A program made the translations under genes and the position numbers. Of a DNA stretch of 64,000 nucleotides, positions 32,110 through 42,942 are shown in pieces. Below the pieces are notes generated by a model. That model had not been told where the DNA came from and did not search any database. It saw only the letters and a list, made by a program, of their open reading frames with translations. This stretch comes from Candidatus Eiseniibacteriota bacterium (lineage in GTDB: Bacteria; Eisenbacteria; RBG-16-71-46): contig CAVQXP010000004.1 of assembly GCA_963717935.1 (NCBI GenBank), forward strand, positions 1,760,001 to 1,824,000, in the 5' to 3' direction. Each line of letters starts with the position of its first letter. Position 1 is the stretch's first letter.

Positions 32110-32634
32110 TCAAGGCGTGAGCTGCCGCCTCACTTCGGCCGCGAGGAGGGCGTAGTCCTCCTCGCGGAAGCGGCCGGCGTGGCGCCAGACGACACAGCCC
32201 GTGCGGTCGAGCAGCAGGAGGTAGGCGTCGTCAGGCTCGCGGAAGCCCAGGCGGAGCTTCCACCGGCGGACTCCGCCATACACGGTGATCACGTTCTCGT
32301 GCAGGGCCTTTGGCGTGCCCCGGCGCATCCCGCCGTCGATGAACGGCCGCGCCATGCGCGCCATGCCGCCGATCACGGGCACCTCGAAGAAGGACACGGC
32401 GCTGTCGGCGCCGAAGTCCTGGCGGAAGCGTGCGACCCAGGCCTCGACCGCGAAGCGCGACTCGTAGCTGAAGCCCAGGGCGACGAGCGTGACGTGGCCG
32501 CGGGCCGCATCCGGAAGCACGGCCTTCTTCCCCGACAGGAACTCGCCCCGTAGCGGCGGCATCAGGTCGCCGCGGATGAGCGTGGCGGGGGGCGCGCCGG
32601 CTGCCAGGCCGGCGATCAGCAGGGTCGGCATCAT
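32110..32634 (-). CDS. Thioredoxin-like protein without CXXC, ATP10-like
   Basis: P.L.G..LSG....LPD, FEVPVI....PFIDGGMRRG and YLLLLDR.G.VVW pattern. Confidence 0.55.
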   Translation of the reverse strand: MMPTLLIAGLAAGAPPATLIRGDLMPPLRGEFLSGKKAVLPDAARGHVTLVALGFSYESRFAVEAWVARFRQDFGADSAVSFFEVPVIGGMARMARPFIDGGMRRGTPKALHENVITVYGGVRRWKLRLGFREPDDAYLLLLDRTGCVVWRHAGRFREEDYALLAAEVRRQLTP

Positions 32635-32761
32635 GGCGCTGCCCCGGATGGGACGCCGCTCAGCCGGCGAAGGCGCGGGGACGGGGGAGGCCCCGGACGG
32701 CAGCTCTCGTGGTGCCCGCTCGCACGGGGCAGGGGCTCCGGCGGCTCCGCGCCGCGTCGCG

Positions 32762-33946
32762 CTACGAGGCATGGAGCCCCGCGTGCTTCTCCGCGATCAG
32801 GTCCGCCAGCCGGTCGAGGGCGGCCAGGTCCCCGGCCTTCGGGAAGCCCTTCGCGACCACGGGTTCCAGCAGCTCGACCTTGAGATTCGGGATCAGGCTG
32901 GTGAGAAGGTTCACCATCTTCCCGCCCCAGCTGTAGGAGCCCACGATTGTGGCAAAGCGCGCCTTGGGCTTGAGCAGGTTGGCGACGTAGGCCGCGTTCG
33001 CGACCAGCGGGTGCGCGCCACCCAGCACGGTCGGGGAGCCCAGCACGAGGGTCGCGGCGTCCACCAGCGCCAGGGCGAGCTTGCCGAGGTCCGCGGTCGC
33101 GAGGTTGAAGAGGTCCACGCCCACGCCGCGCGCGACCAGTGCCTCGGCCAGGTGCTGGACCATGTGCCTCGTGCTGGCGTGCATCGAGGTGTAGGCGATG
33201 ACCGCGCGGTTCCCGGGCACGCCGCCGGTCCATTCGGCGTAGGCGTCCAGCATGCGCCGGGGCTGGCGCAGCACCGGGCCATGGCTCGGGCAGATGATCT
33301 CGACGGGCAGTTCCGTGACCTTCGGAAGGTTCCCCGCGATGGTGTTCCGGAACGGCATCATGATCTCGGCGTAGTAGCGCTTGGCCGCCTCGAGGTCCCC
33401 ACCCTCGTCGTTCGCCGTCGGATCGCCGGTGGCGAGATGCGCGCCGAACAGGTCGCACGAGAAGAGCATGCGGTCCTCCTCGAGCCAGGTGAGCATCGTC
33501 TCCGGCCAGTGCACCCAGGGAAAGTGGATGAAGCGGAGTGTGCGGCCACCCAGCGGGAGGGTGGCGCCGTCGTCCACGGGCAGGATGCGCTCCTGCGGGA
33601 CCCCGAGGAGGTCCGTGAGGATGTTCCTGGCCTTGGGGCTCGCGACCACCTGCGCCTCGGGAAAGCGCTCCAGCACGAGCGGGATCGAGCCCGAGTGGTC
33701 CTGCTCGGCGTGGTTGGAGATCACGTAGTCGAGCCGCGTCACGCCGAGCGCCTGCAGCCGCTCGAGGAGCAGCGCCCCGAAGCCCGGGTCGACCGTGTCC
33801 ACGAGTGCGATCTTCTCGGTTCCCCGGACCAGGTAGGCGTTGTAGCTGGTGCCGTCGGGCAGGGGGATGAGCTCATCGAAGGTGCGGCGATCCCAGTCGA
33901 TCGCCCCCACCCAGTGGATTCCTTCCTTCAGCTCACGGCTCGGCAT
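32762..33946 (-). CDS. fprA: Flavodiiron protein (A-type flavoprotein, O2/NO reductase)
   Basis: GTSYNAYL, HAEQDHSG, HWPET, CDLFG and PSHG motifs plus a flavodoxin domain (GSPT, GSYSW). Confidence 0.92.
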   Translation of the reverse strand: MPSRELKEGIHWVGAIDWDRRTFDELIPLPDGTSYNAYLVRGTEKIALVDTVDPGFGALLLERLQALGVTRLDYVISNHAEQDHSGSIPLVLERFPEAQVVASPKARNILTDLLGVPQERILPVDDGATLPLGGRTLRFIHFPWVHWPETMLTWLEEDRMLFSCDLFGAHLATGDPTANDEGGDLEAAKRYYAEIMMPFRNTIAGNLPKVTELPVEIICPSHGPVLRQPRRMLDAYAEWTGGVPGNRAVIAYTSMHASTRHMVQHLAEALVARGVGVDLFNLATADLGKLALALVDAATLVLGSPTVLGGAHPLVANAAYVANLLKPKARFATIVGSYSWGGKMVNLLTSLIPNLKVELLEPVVAKGFPKAGDLAALDRLADLIAEKHAGLHAS

Positions 33947-33982
33947 CGTCGGGCTCTCCCCGGGTTGGCAACCACGGTGGTC

Positions 33983-35215
33983 TCAGGAATCTGATACGAG
34001 CGCGCGGTCGAGCGCGGCGATCAGCCGATCGACTTCGTCCGGCGTGTTGTAGTGGGCCATGCTGACGCGGACGACGCCATTGCGCGCATGCAGCCCGAGC
34101 GCCTCGACCGCGCGATGGGCGTAGAAGTGCCCGTGGCGGATCGCGATCCGTTCTCCGTCCAGCCGTGTCGTGATCTCGCTCGAGTCGCGCCCGTCCGCCA
34201 CGAAGGAGACGGTCGGCGCGCGGTGCGCGTCAACCGCGGTGCGGCCGATGACGCACACGCCGCGGCGCGAGCGCAGGAAATCGAGCAGCGGGGCGGTGAG
34301 CGCCGCCTCGTGAGCGGCGATGTCCTCGAAGACGCGCTCGAGCCGCGCGGGCTCCGGAGCGGGCGAGTCCGGGTGGTGGCGTTCGTCGAGGGCGAGCAGG
34401 TACTCGGGGATGGCAGGGAGCGCGGCCGCCAGTTCGTGGACGACGTTTCCGGGCTCGAGCTTGGAGGGGATCTCGTCCTGGGGGATGAAGAAGTGGTTCT
34501 GCCCCCGGGCGCGCAGCAGCAGGTCCCGCTTCCCGTAGAGCAGCCCGAGGTGGGGGCCGAAGACCTTGTAGGTCGAGAGGAAGTAGAAGTCGGCATCCAG
34601 CGCCTTGACGTCCACGCGCCGGTGGGGGGCGCAGGCGACCCCGTCCACGCAGGCGAGGGCCCCCGCGTCGTGCACGCGGCGGATGATCGCCGCCGCGTCG
34701 TGGAGCGTGCCGATCAGGTTCGAGCAGTGGGTGAAACAGACCAGCCGAGTGCGTTGACGGAGAATGGGTTCCAGCCCTTCGAGTGTCAGCTCGAGGCGTT
34801 CGGGGTCGAGACGCCACTCGCGGAGGACGAGTCCCTCGGCCTCGAGCGCCCTCCAGGCTCCGACGTTGGTCTCGTGGTCGAGGTTCGTCACCACGATCTC
34901 GTCGCCGGGCGAGAAGAGCGGCAGCAGTGCGCGGGAGAGCGTGCGCACGTTCATCGTGCTGGACGGCCCGAGCACGATCTCCTCCGGCGTCGCGTTCACG
35001 AGCCGCGCCATCGCGCGCCGGCCCTCGGCGACGAGCGCGGTGGCCGTGGCCGAGTGACGGTAGGTGGCGCCGAGCTGGACCTGCCAGCGGCTCATGTAGC
35101 TGTGCACGCGCTCGATCACGCCCGTGAGCGGCACGCTGCCGCCGGCATTGTCGAAGAGCGCCCAATCATCCGTGAGGGCGGGGAACTGGCTGCGCGCGAA
35201 GGTGACGTCGAACAT
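33983..35215 (-). CDS. Class V PLP aminotransferase / cysteine desulfurase-like protein
   Basis: R.QFPAL, DNAGGS, LDHE.N, CSN.IGT, STYK (PLP Lys) and RVSMAHYNT. No catalytic Cys seen (GHFYA). Confidence 0.88.
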   Translation of the reverse strand: MFDVTFARSQFPALTDDWALFDNAGGSVPLTGVIERVHSYMSRWQVQLGATYRHSATATALVAEGRRAMARLVNATPEEIVLGPSSTMNVRTLSRALLPLFSPGDEIVVTNLDHETNVGAWRALEAEGLVLREWRLDPERLELTLEGLEPILRQRTRLVCFTHCSNLIGTLHDAAAIIRRVHDAGALACVDGVACAPHRRVDVKALDADFYFLSTYKVFGPHLGLLYGKRDLLLRARGQNHFFIPQDEIPSKLEPGNVVHELAAALPAIPEYLLALDERHHPDSPAPEPARLERVFEDIAAHEAALTAPLLDFLRSRRGVCVIGRTAVDAHRAPTVSFVADGRDSSEITTRLDGERIAIRHGHFYAHRAVEALGLHARNGVVRVSMAHYNTPDEVDRLIAALDRALVSDS

Positions 35216-35557
35216 GGTGAGCATTCCCCTGCGGAGTCGTGGCCGCCATCCTAACTCACGAGCCGGGGGGAAGCAGCCGGGGCGGAGTCCCGGGGCACGG
35301 GCCGTGGGTCCGTGCAGATGGAAAGGGCCGCCGCCGGGGGGGCTCCAAAGGGGACCGGGGGGCCCGCACAAGGGCCCGGAGAGCGCAGAAACGCTTGCTG
35401 CGAGAGCTGTTGGGAGCGCGCCTGCCCGTCCGGCACCCGGGAAGCGGGGCCCCGCGCGCCACTATTGACTTCAGAATCCGGCTCCGAAGGCCGAAAGAAC
35501 GTGCAGGTTGCACTCTGATGGCCAGGCCAATTCTCCGCGGAAGGCGATGCCACACAG

Positions 35558-37318
35558 ATGAGTCCCCACGGCCCTCCTGAAAAGGGCACGCCCGATCAGG
35601 CACTCATCCAGCAAGAGGTCGCGATCGTCAAAGCGGCCTCGGCCTGGACGGGCAGGCTCGCCCGCACCCTCAAGAATTGCCGGCTCTACGATGGCGGCAA
35701 TCCAACGGTGCTGCGCCTGCGCGAGGAACTTGCAGCTTCGCTCGTCGAGCTGCTCGACGAGCACGGGTCCCTCACCCTGCGTTGCACGTCCAGCGACGTC
35801 TTCTATGGCGATGTCTCTCTGTATCCCGCCCGCTCACGCGAGGACAACCTGGGCATGCCCTTCTTCCGGGACGGCATTCGCAGCGTCACGTTCCTGCCCG
35901 GCGTGGAGCCGTGGGAGGTCGATGCCCTGCTGGACGCCCTGCTCCGGGTCACCGGCCGAATCGAAAGTGAGGCGGACCTGGTCACGCTGCTGTGGGACGC
36001 CGAGCTTGCCCACGTGGGCGTCGAATCCGTCACGATCGAGTCGCCCGTGGATGGTGAAGGCAGCGACCTGGCGGGCTGCGACGCAGGCGCGTCGCTGATG
36101 CCGTGGCCCGGGGCTGGCGCCGAAGCGGCCGCCGAGGCCGGGCACTGCACACCCCGAGGCGATGCAGCGGCCGAAGCAGAGCAGCCCCGCTCCGACGACT
36201 GGATCGATGACGAGCCCTTCGGGCAGTCCGCGACGGCGCTCGCCGATCTCGAGGCACAGGGCCCGCTCGAGATGGCACGGCTGCGGGGCGAGTATGAAGC
36301 GGAATGCGCGACCAGCGCCCTCCAGGGCGCGCTGGCGCTGATCTGTGAGTGTCTGGAGGCCGACACCGCAGCAGACGGGCACGATGAGCTGGGACGCTTC
36401 CTGGTGCGGCTGCTGCAGGAAGCGCTGATGGCCGGTGCGTGGCCCGAGGCGTGCCGGGCGGCGTTGCTGCTCGTGGGTCGCAAGGGCGGCGAGGCCTCCC
36501 TCGCGACGCTCTTGAACGATCTCTGCCAGCCCGATGCGGTGACCACGTCGAGCGCGATTCGCGAGGTCGACGGCCAGGGTGCTCATGGCGTCCAGGACTT
36601 CCTTGCCTTCGCTCGGGAACTGGGTCCCGCGGCGGTCGAGTGGCTGATGCGGATCCTTGCCGAGAGCCGGCAGCAGCGCACGCGCCTGCCTCTGGCCCGC
36701 GCCCTCGCGGAGTTGTGCCGGGACGACCCGGAGCGGCTGGCGCCGTGGCTGTCGGATCCGCGCTGGTACGTGGTCCGTAACGTGGTCCACATCCTGGGCT
36801 GGATCGGTGGCCGGAGCATCGTGGGTCTGCTGAAGTCGGTGGCGGGGCACGGGGATCTCCGCGTGCGCCGGGAGGTGATCTCCGCCCTCGCGCACGTGGA
36901 ACTCGGGGACGCTCGCGACGTGTTGCTCGGGATGCTCGAGGGCGCCGACACGCGCACCTTCTGCTCCGCGCTGCATCAGCTCTCCTGCGCTCGTGACCCC
37001 GAAGTGGCGCGGGCCCTCCTGGATCGACTCCTGGACGCGGACTTCCGCGAGCGCCCCATCGAAGAGCGGCGTGCCGTCTACTCGGCCCTCGCCCGGGTCG
37101 CGGGGGAGGAGGTCCTGCCCCGGCTCGAGGCGGAGCTGCACGAGAGCCGGTGGTTCTCCGCCGACCTCGAATCCCACCGCCAGGCGGTCGCCCGCTGCAT
37201 CGCTCGCATCGGCGGGTCCGCCGCGCGGGAGATCCTGCAGCAGGGCCTCCGCTCCCGGAACCGGCGGGTCCGCTCCGCCTGCGAGAGCGCGCTCGCGGGA
37301 GTCCAGTCCCATGAGTGA
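35558..37318 (+). CDS. HEAT-repeat protein
   Basis: LSDPRWYVVRNVVHILG, D.RVRREVISAL and further alpha-solenoid repeats; overlaps the next gene. Confidence 0.85.
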   Translation: MSPHGPPEKGTPDQALIQQEVAIVKAASAWTGRLARTLKNCRLYDGGNPTVLRLREELAASLVELLDEHGSLTLRCTSSDVFYGDVSLYPARSREDNLGMPFFRDGIRSVTFLPGVEPWEVDALLDALLRVTGRIESEADLVTLLWDAELAHVGVESVTIESPVDGEGSDLAGCDAGASLMPWPGAGAEAAAEAGHCTPRGDAAAEAEQPRSDDWIDDEPFGQSATALADLEAQGPLEMARLRGEYEAECATSALQGALALICECLEADTAADGHDELGRFLVRLLQEALMAGAWPEACRAALLLVGRKGGEASLATLLNDLCQPDAVTTSSAIREVDGQGAHGVQDFLAFARELGPAAVEWLMRILAESRQQRTRLPLARALAELCRDDPERLAPWLSDPRWYVVRNVVHILGWIGGRSIVGLLKSVAGHGDLRVRREVISALAHVELGDARDVLLGMLEGADTRTFCSALHQLSCARDPEVARALLDRLLDADFRERPIEERRAVYSALARVAGEEVLPRLEAELHESRWFSADLESHRQAVARCIARIGGSAAREILQQGLRSRNRRVRSACESALAGVQSHE

Positions 37319-38798
37319 CCGGCCCGTCTCGATTCGGACGCCCGGCGGGGCCGCCGGGGACGAGCGCGAGTCGCTGCTCGGCCCGCAGTTCCTCCAGTGC
37401 CTGCACGCGGTGCTGCGAGGGTTGCGACTCTACAGCAGCGCCAACCAGGCGCTCCGCGAGCAGATCCAGGAACTCCTGGCATTGATCTCGAGCTTGATGG
37501 ACGACGAGGTCACCGTGATCGGGATGGGCGAGCACTTCTTCCTGAACGGCGTGCGCCTCAAGCCCGACCCGGCGCGCGTCAACCTGCGCCGCTGGCTGAT
37601 GGCGGAGTTCGAGACGCGCGGGCTTGGCGGGCTGCGGTTCACGCCGGGCCTCACGACCACCGAGCTGGAGACGTTCTTCCGCTGCTTCCTGGAGGCCCGT
37701 GACGCTGCGCGGAGCGAGAGGCTCGCAGAGGAGGCGATGGGCGCAGGTGTCCTCCATGCCATCCCGGTGCGCCTCAGCGAGATGGGCTCGCGACCGTTGG
37801 GTGTGGAAGGGGCCGCGGACGGCGAGGGCGAGGCGGAGGCCAAGGCCGAAGGCGGAGCCGAGGAAGAGCGCCGGCGAGCCGGACAGAACTTCCGGAACGC
37901 CCTGCAGGGCACGCGCGCCCTGATCGCGCGCACCGCGCGGACCGGTCGCCCGGCACTGCACCGGGCGCGCCGCCTGGTCCAGCCCATCGTGGACAGCATC
38001 CTGAAGAACGAGTTCTCGATCATCGGGCTCACGGCGATGAAGGACCACGATGAGTACACGTACGCCCACTGTGTCAACGTGAGCGTGCTCTCGATCAGCA
38101 TGGGCCAGATGCTGGGGCTTCCGCGCCAGGCACTCGCCAACCTGGGCGTGGCCGCCCTGCTGCACGATCTCGGCAAGCTGATGGTGCCTGCGGAGGTGCT
38201 GCGGAAGCCTGGAAAGCTTGCGCCCGACGAGTGGGAGCGGATCCGGCGACACCCCCTCGACGGCGTCAAGATGATCAGCCGCCTGCCGGGTCTCATGCCG
38301 CTGGCTCTCGATTGCATGCGCACCGCCTTCCAGCACCACATGAATGCCGACCGCAGTGGCTATCCCCGGGTGCAGGGCGGAGGGAAGCAGGCGACCTTCT
38401 CCCGGATCGTGGCGGTGGCGGATCTGTTCGACGCGCTCACCTCGCATCGCGCGTATCGCGCGCGCCCCTTCACGGGGTTCGAGGCGTTGCGCTTCGTGCT
38501 GGACCGGCAGCGTCGGCACTTCGATCCCGGGGTGGCGTGGGCGCTCATCAAGACCGTGGGGCTGTATCCGGCGGGCACGGTGATGCTGACCGAATCCGGC
38601 TACGTGGTGATGAGTCTGAGCCCGAATCCGAGGGATCTTGGCCGGCCGCACTGCCGGGTGCTTCTGCGCCCCGACTCGTCGCCGCCGGATCCGGGGTCGC
38701 CGGAGGTCTGGGATCCCATGCCGGCCGACGAGAAGGTCGCGCGCGCGCTGGACCCGGAGGAGTTCGCAGTCGACACGAATGCGTTGCTGGCAGCGTGA
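37311..38798 (+). CDS. HD-GYP domain cyclic-dinucleotide phosphodiesterase
   Basis: DEYTYAH, LLHDLGK, HPLDG, HHMNADRSGYP and VADLFDALTS.RAYR motifs. Confidence 0.9.
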   Translation: MSDRPVSIRTPGGAAGDERESLLGPQFLQCLHAVLRGLRLYSSANQALREQIQELLALISSLMDDEVTVIGMGEHFFLNGVRLKPDPARVNLRRWLMAEFETRGLGGLRFTPGLTTTELETFFRCFLEARDAARSERLAEEAMGAGVLHAIPVRLSEMGSRPLGVEGAADGEGEAEAKAEGGAEEERRRAGQNFRNALQGTRALIARTARTGRPALHRARRLVQPIVDSILKNEFSIIGLTAMKDHDEYTYAHCVNVSVLSISMGQMLGLPRQALANLGVAALLHDLGKLMVPAEVLRKPGKLAPDEWERIRRHPLDGVKMISRLPGLMPLALDCMRTAFQHHMNADRSGYPRVQGGGKQATFSRIVAVADLFDALTSHRAYRARPFTGFEALRFVLDRQRRHFDPGVAWALIKTVGLYPAGTVMLTESGYVVMSLSPNPRDLGRPHCRVLLRPDSSPPDPGSPEVWDPMPADEKVARALDPEEFAVDTNALLAA

Positions 38799-39001
38799 CG
38801 CACGCTGCACCTGGTGAAAGGACGAAAACCTGACCGGTCGACCCGTAGCGGAACGCCGAGGCCCTAGGGACGGGATCTCGGCGGATACCCGCGGACCCTG
38901 CATCACGCCAGAAGGAGCGTTCGCAGCTCCTCCGTGCGGCATGATGACGGGCCCGGCGACCCGGCCTCTCGATCGAGCCGTACCGTCCCGTGGGAGCCGT
39001 C

Positions 39002-42000
39002 ATGTCCGATAACCGTACGCATCCGTGGAGCCACGACCCCCGGGACCCGTTTCTTGCCGCTCTGGGACTGAAGGAACTGCTCGAGACGACTCCGGACCTG
39101 GCCTTCGCCTGCGACGCCGAAGGGAACCTCCTGTGGGCCAGCCGTGTGTTCGAGTCGCTGACCGGCCATCCGGTGTCCGAACTGGTGGGCCGTCCCCTGC
39201 TCCTGCTCCTGTCGCCCCCGGCGCGGCGGCGCGCGCTGCGCGCAATCGCGAGCCAGCGTCGCCAGCATGCATCCAGCTTCGAAGTCACCGTCCCGGTGGC
39301 CGACGCCCAGGGACATGAATCGAACGTGACGGCTCGTGTCGTGCTTCGAGAGCGCCCGGATGGCGGGGTCGTCTTCGCCGGCACCGCGCACGCGGCGCAG
39401 GCGAGCGCCGCGCGCGGCGTGCCGGCTGCGCGGGAGCGGGTGGCCACCGGTGCGAGTGAAGCCTCCTCCCTGGAGGCGGCACTCGCTGCCTGCGAGGGAG
39501 CGGAAGCCGAGCCCCTGCAGGCGGCGGACGTCCTGGTCACCATGAACCAGGAGATCCGCGCGCCGATGAACGCCATGATCGGGATGGCGCGCCTGCTTCT
39601 GCAGACGAACCTGGACGAGGAACAGCAGGCGCTGGTGGACCTCATCTGGAAGTCGGGCCAGGCGACGCTGCGGCTGGTCAATGACGCCTACGAGTTCACG
39701 CGCGTCGAGACGGGTCAGCTCGATCTGGACCACATCGCATTCGATTTGCGGGTCACGATCGACGAGACGGCGGCGTCGCTCGCGCCGCTCGCGGCGGAGA
39801 GGGGCCTCGAGCTGGAGTGCCGCGTGCACCCGGCGGTCCCGTCACGGCTGAGGGGCGACCCGGGCCGGTTGCGGCAGATCCTGCTGAACCTCGGGGAAAG
39901 AGCCACCAGGACGTTTGAGGAGGGCCGCATCGAGCTGTTGGTGAGTCGCCTGCGCGAGAACGACCAGAACGTCACGCTGAGGTTCCTGATGATGGACCAG
40001 AGCGTCGCGTCGGAAGGTCCGCAGCCGGGGGCGGTGGCTCCGCCGGCGCGGCGGGAGCCGGGCTCGAAGCCGGAGCGCGAGTCCGGGGGGGGCTGGGGTT
40101 GGCGGTCATCCGGCGACTGGCCGAGCTCATGGGTGGCAGGACCGGGATCGAGTGCAAGCCGGGAGAGGGGCATCGCTACTGGTTCGACGTGGACCTCGAG
40201 AAACAGGAAGAGCTCGAGTCGACGATGGCCCCTCGTCTGTCCAAGACGGAACTGGCGACCAAGCGGGCTCTGATCGTGGATGCGTCCCCGGTGGTGCGCC
40301 GGGCCCTGCGCAGCAGGCTCGAGGGTGCGGGGTGCCGTGCGTCGGAGGCCGGTGACGCCGGGGAGGCTCACGCGGTCCTGCGGGCGGCCGTGGAGTCGGG
40401 CGACCCGTTCCACTTCGTGCTGATCGACCGCGACCTCCCCGGGGTCGACGGGGAAGAGCTGGGGGCCATGATCCGGGCCGACCACGCGCTGGACGTCGCG
40501 CGCACCGTGATGCTGGCGACGGTGGGGCGCCGGGGTGATGCCACGCGTGCGAGCGAGCGAGGGTTCTCGGCGTTCCTGCCGAAGGCCGTGGGGGTGGAGG
40601 AATTGGTCGAAGCCCTGTGCGAGATCATCCGCCAGGCGATGGTGACGCCGCCGGGCAGCACGCCCGAACTCGTCACTCGCTACTCCCTCGCCGAGGGACG
40701 CCGCAGCAAGGCGCGCATCCTGCTGGTCGATGACGACGCGGTGAGCCAGGTCGTGACGCAGTGGTGCCTGAGCCGACTGGGCTACCGGCTGGAGATCGCG
40801 GGCACGATCGCCGAAGCGCGGGCCGCATGGTCGAATGCAGCATTCGACATCGTCCTGGTGGACGAGCACCTGGAGGACGGGGACGCGCTCGCCCTGGCTG
40901 GCGAACTGCGCGCGCGCGAAGGCGACGGCCGGCACGCGGCGGTCGTCCCGATGTTCAGGGACGAGAACTCGCCCGCGCGGCTCAGCTGGCAGGAGGCCGG
41001 CGTGGTCGAGTTCGTCGTCAAGCCGGTGGACCTCGTGGTCCTGACCGGACTGGTGGAGCGGTTGACGGGCACCGGGCTTCCCGCGGGGTCCGCGATCGAG
41101 GACGAGTATGCGGGGAGGCCCGCGGGGCGCGCGACGCTGCCGACCGATGGCAGGCTGGAATTCGTCCTGCCGGATGTCGACCGGATCCTGACGGAGTCGG
41201 AGGTGCAGGCGACGATGGCGTGCGCGATGCGTGCTTCCATGATTGCAGGCACTTCTCCGTCGCCGGCTGTGCCCGGGATGGCAAGTGAAGCGACCAGGCC
41301 CGAAGTCGAGCCGGTCCAGGCCACGGAAGAGACCACGCCGGCTCTGGCGGAGGCCCGGGCGGCGGACGTGGCCCCGATGGCCGAGGCGGTCGTCGAGACC
41401 CGCGTCGAGGCACACGCCGGGAATCTCGATGAGACCGAGCCCGCGGTGGAAGTGGCGCCGGAGGAGGAGCCGACGAACGTTGCACTCGCCCCGATGACCC
41501 CGGCGAAAACGGAGGAGATGGTCGAGCCGCTCGCAGGACCGACGACCGCGATGTCGGTCCCCCCGACGTCCCACGAGCCGGTGGAGACGGTGGAGCCGAC
41601 GCCGGTGGCTCCGGTGGCCGCGATGGAAGTCGTTGCGGAGCAGATGGCCCCGACGTCCCACGAGCCGGTGGAGACGGTGGAGCCGGCGCCGGTGGCGCCC
41701 GTGGCCGCGACGGAAGTCGTTGCGGAGGAAGTGGCCCCGATGTCCCACGAACCGGTGGAGACGGTGGAGCCGGCGCCCGCGGCTCCGGTGGCCGCGATGG
41801 AAGTCGTTGCGGAGGAAGTGGCCCAGACGTCCCACGAACCGGTGGAGACGGTGGAGCCGGCACCCGCGGCTCCGGTGGCCGCGATGGAAGTCGTCGCGGA
41901 GCAGATGGCCCCGGAGGAGGTCGTGGCGCGACCCTGGGACGCGTTGGATCCCGTCGTGACGGCGCCGTCGCCGCAGCCCGAGGTGGCCTCCGAGAGGCCC

Positions 42001-42942
42001 GCCCCGGCCGAACCGGTGGCGGTCCTCGTGACGCCGACTGCGTCCGGCGAGGCCGATATGCTCCCGGCGCCGGTCCTGGATACGCTCCTGCCGGCGGACG
42101 TCGTGCCCCTCGAGGCGACGGAGCCGCAGGACGCGGCCGAGCTGGAGAGCGCTGCGGGGGCGGAGGGCACCGGTGAGGCAGTGGCCGGAGGCCAGCTCGA
42201 GTTCACGCTGGTGTGCGAGGCCGAGCCGCCGAGCCTGCCGTCCGCGGCGCCGGAGTCGCCAGTGGCCGAATGGCTGGCGGATGCGCCTCCGGCAGCGCTG
42301 GTCACGGAAGTGCCGGTGGCCGAAATCCCGGCTGAGGCGCTGACCGTCATGCCGGCCGCAGAAGAGCAGGTCGTAGAGTCCGCGGTCTTCGCGCCTGCGG
42401 TCGAAGAGGCCGGATCCATGCCTCCGGCAGGCGCGGTGGAGGCGGACGAAGCGGTGCCGGTGCCCCAGGCCGGGACGGCTTCCGAGGTGGCGGACGAGGT
42501 CGAGTCGGCGGCGCCTTCTTCGCAGGGGCCTGTGCGTCTCGAGATCGTCGAATCACCGGCGCGGGAAGTCCCGCCAGCGCCGGAGCCCACCGCCGTATTC
42601 GATCTCGCTCGACTCGAGCTGGCGAGCATGGGGCTTCCGAGCCTGCGCAAGGCCCTGCTGAGCGCGTTCCTGAGCGAGATCAGCCCCTTCCTCGAGAAGC
42701 TCTCGTGGACGCTGAGTGACGAGGACGCCCAGCAGGTCTCGTCGGAAGCGCATGCGCTCGCGGTGCTGTCCAGTTCGATTGGCGCCATCGCCTGCGCCGA
42801 GGCGCTCGAAGAGCTGGAGCGCCGCGGTGCGGACGGGACGCTGAAGGCTTCCGACCCGATTCTGCGGCGTTGCTACGGGCAGGGGCTCGGTGCCACGACG
42901 GAGGTGCGCACGCTGCTGGCGGAGGAACGCCGGGCCGCCTGA
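39002..42942 (+). CDS. Hybrid sensor kinase-like protein PAS-HisKA*-HATPase*-REC-REC-acidic linker-HPt (frameshift at G8 tract 40085-40092)
   Basis: PAS; MNQEIRAPMNAMIG; GDPGRLRQILLNL; GLGLAVIRRLAELMGG; two receiver domains; HPt-like AHAL..SSSIGA. Confidence 0.85.
41563..41910 (+). repeat. Four tandem 87-bp (29-aa) coding repeats
   Basis: Units start at 41563, 41650, 41737 and 41824; consensus PTSHEPVETVEPAPxAPVAAMEVVAExxA. Confidence 0.95.

Noticed and set aside
38800..39000. c-di-GMP-I riboswitch-like GAAAGGACGAAAACC after the HD-GYP gene
   Set aside because: No GGCAAAC/P1 pairing; similarity too weak.
41563..41910. Repeat array as a possible CRISPR
   Set aside because: Contiguous 87-bp in-frame units with no unique spacers and no cas genes.
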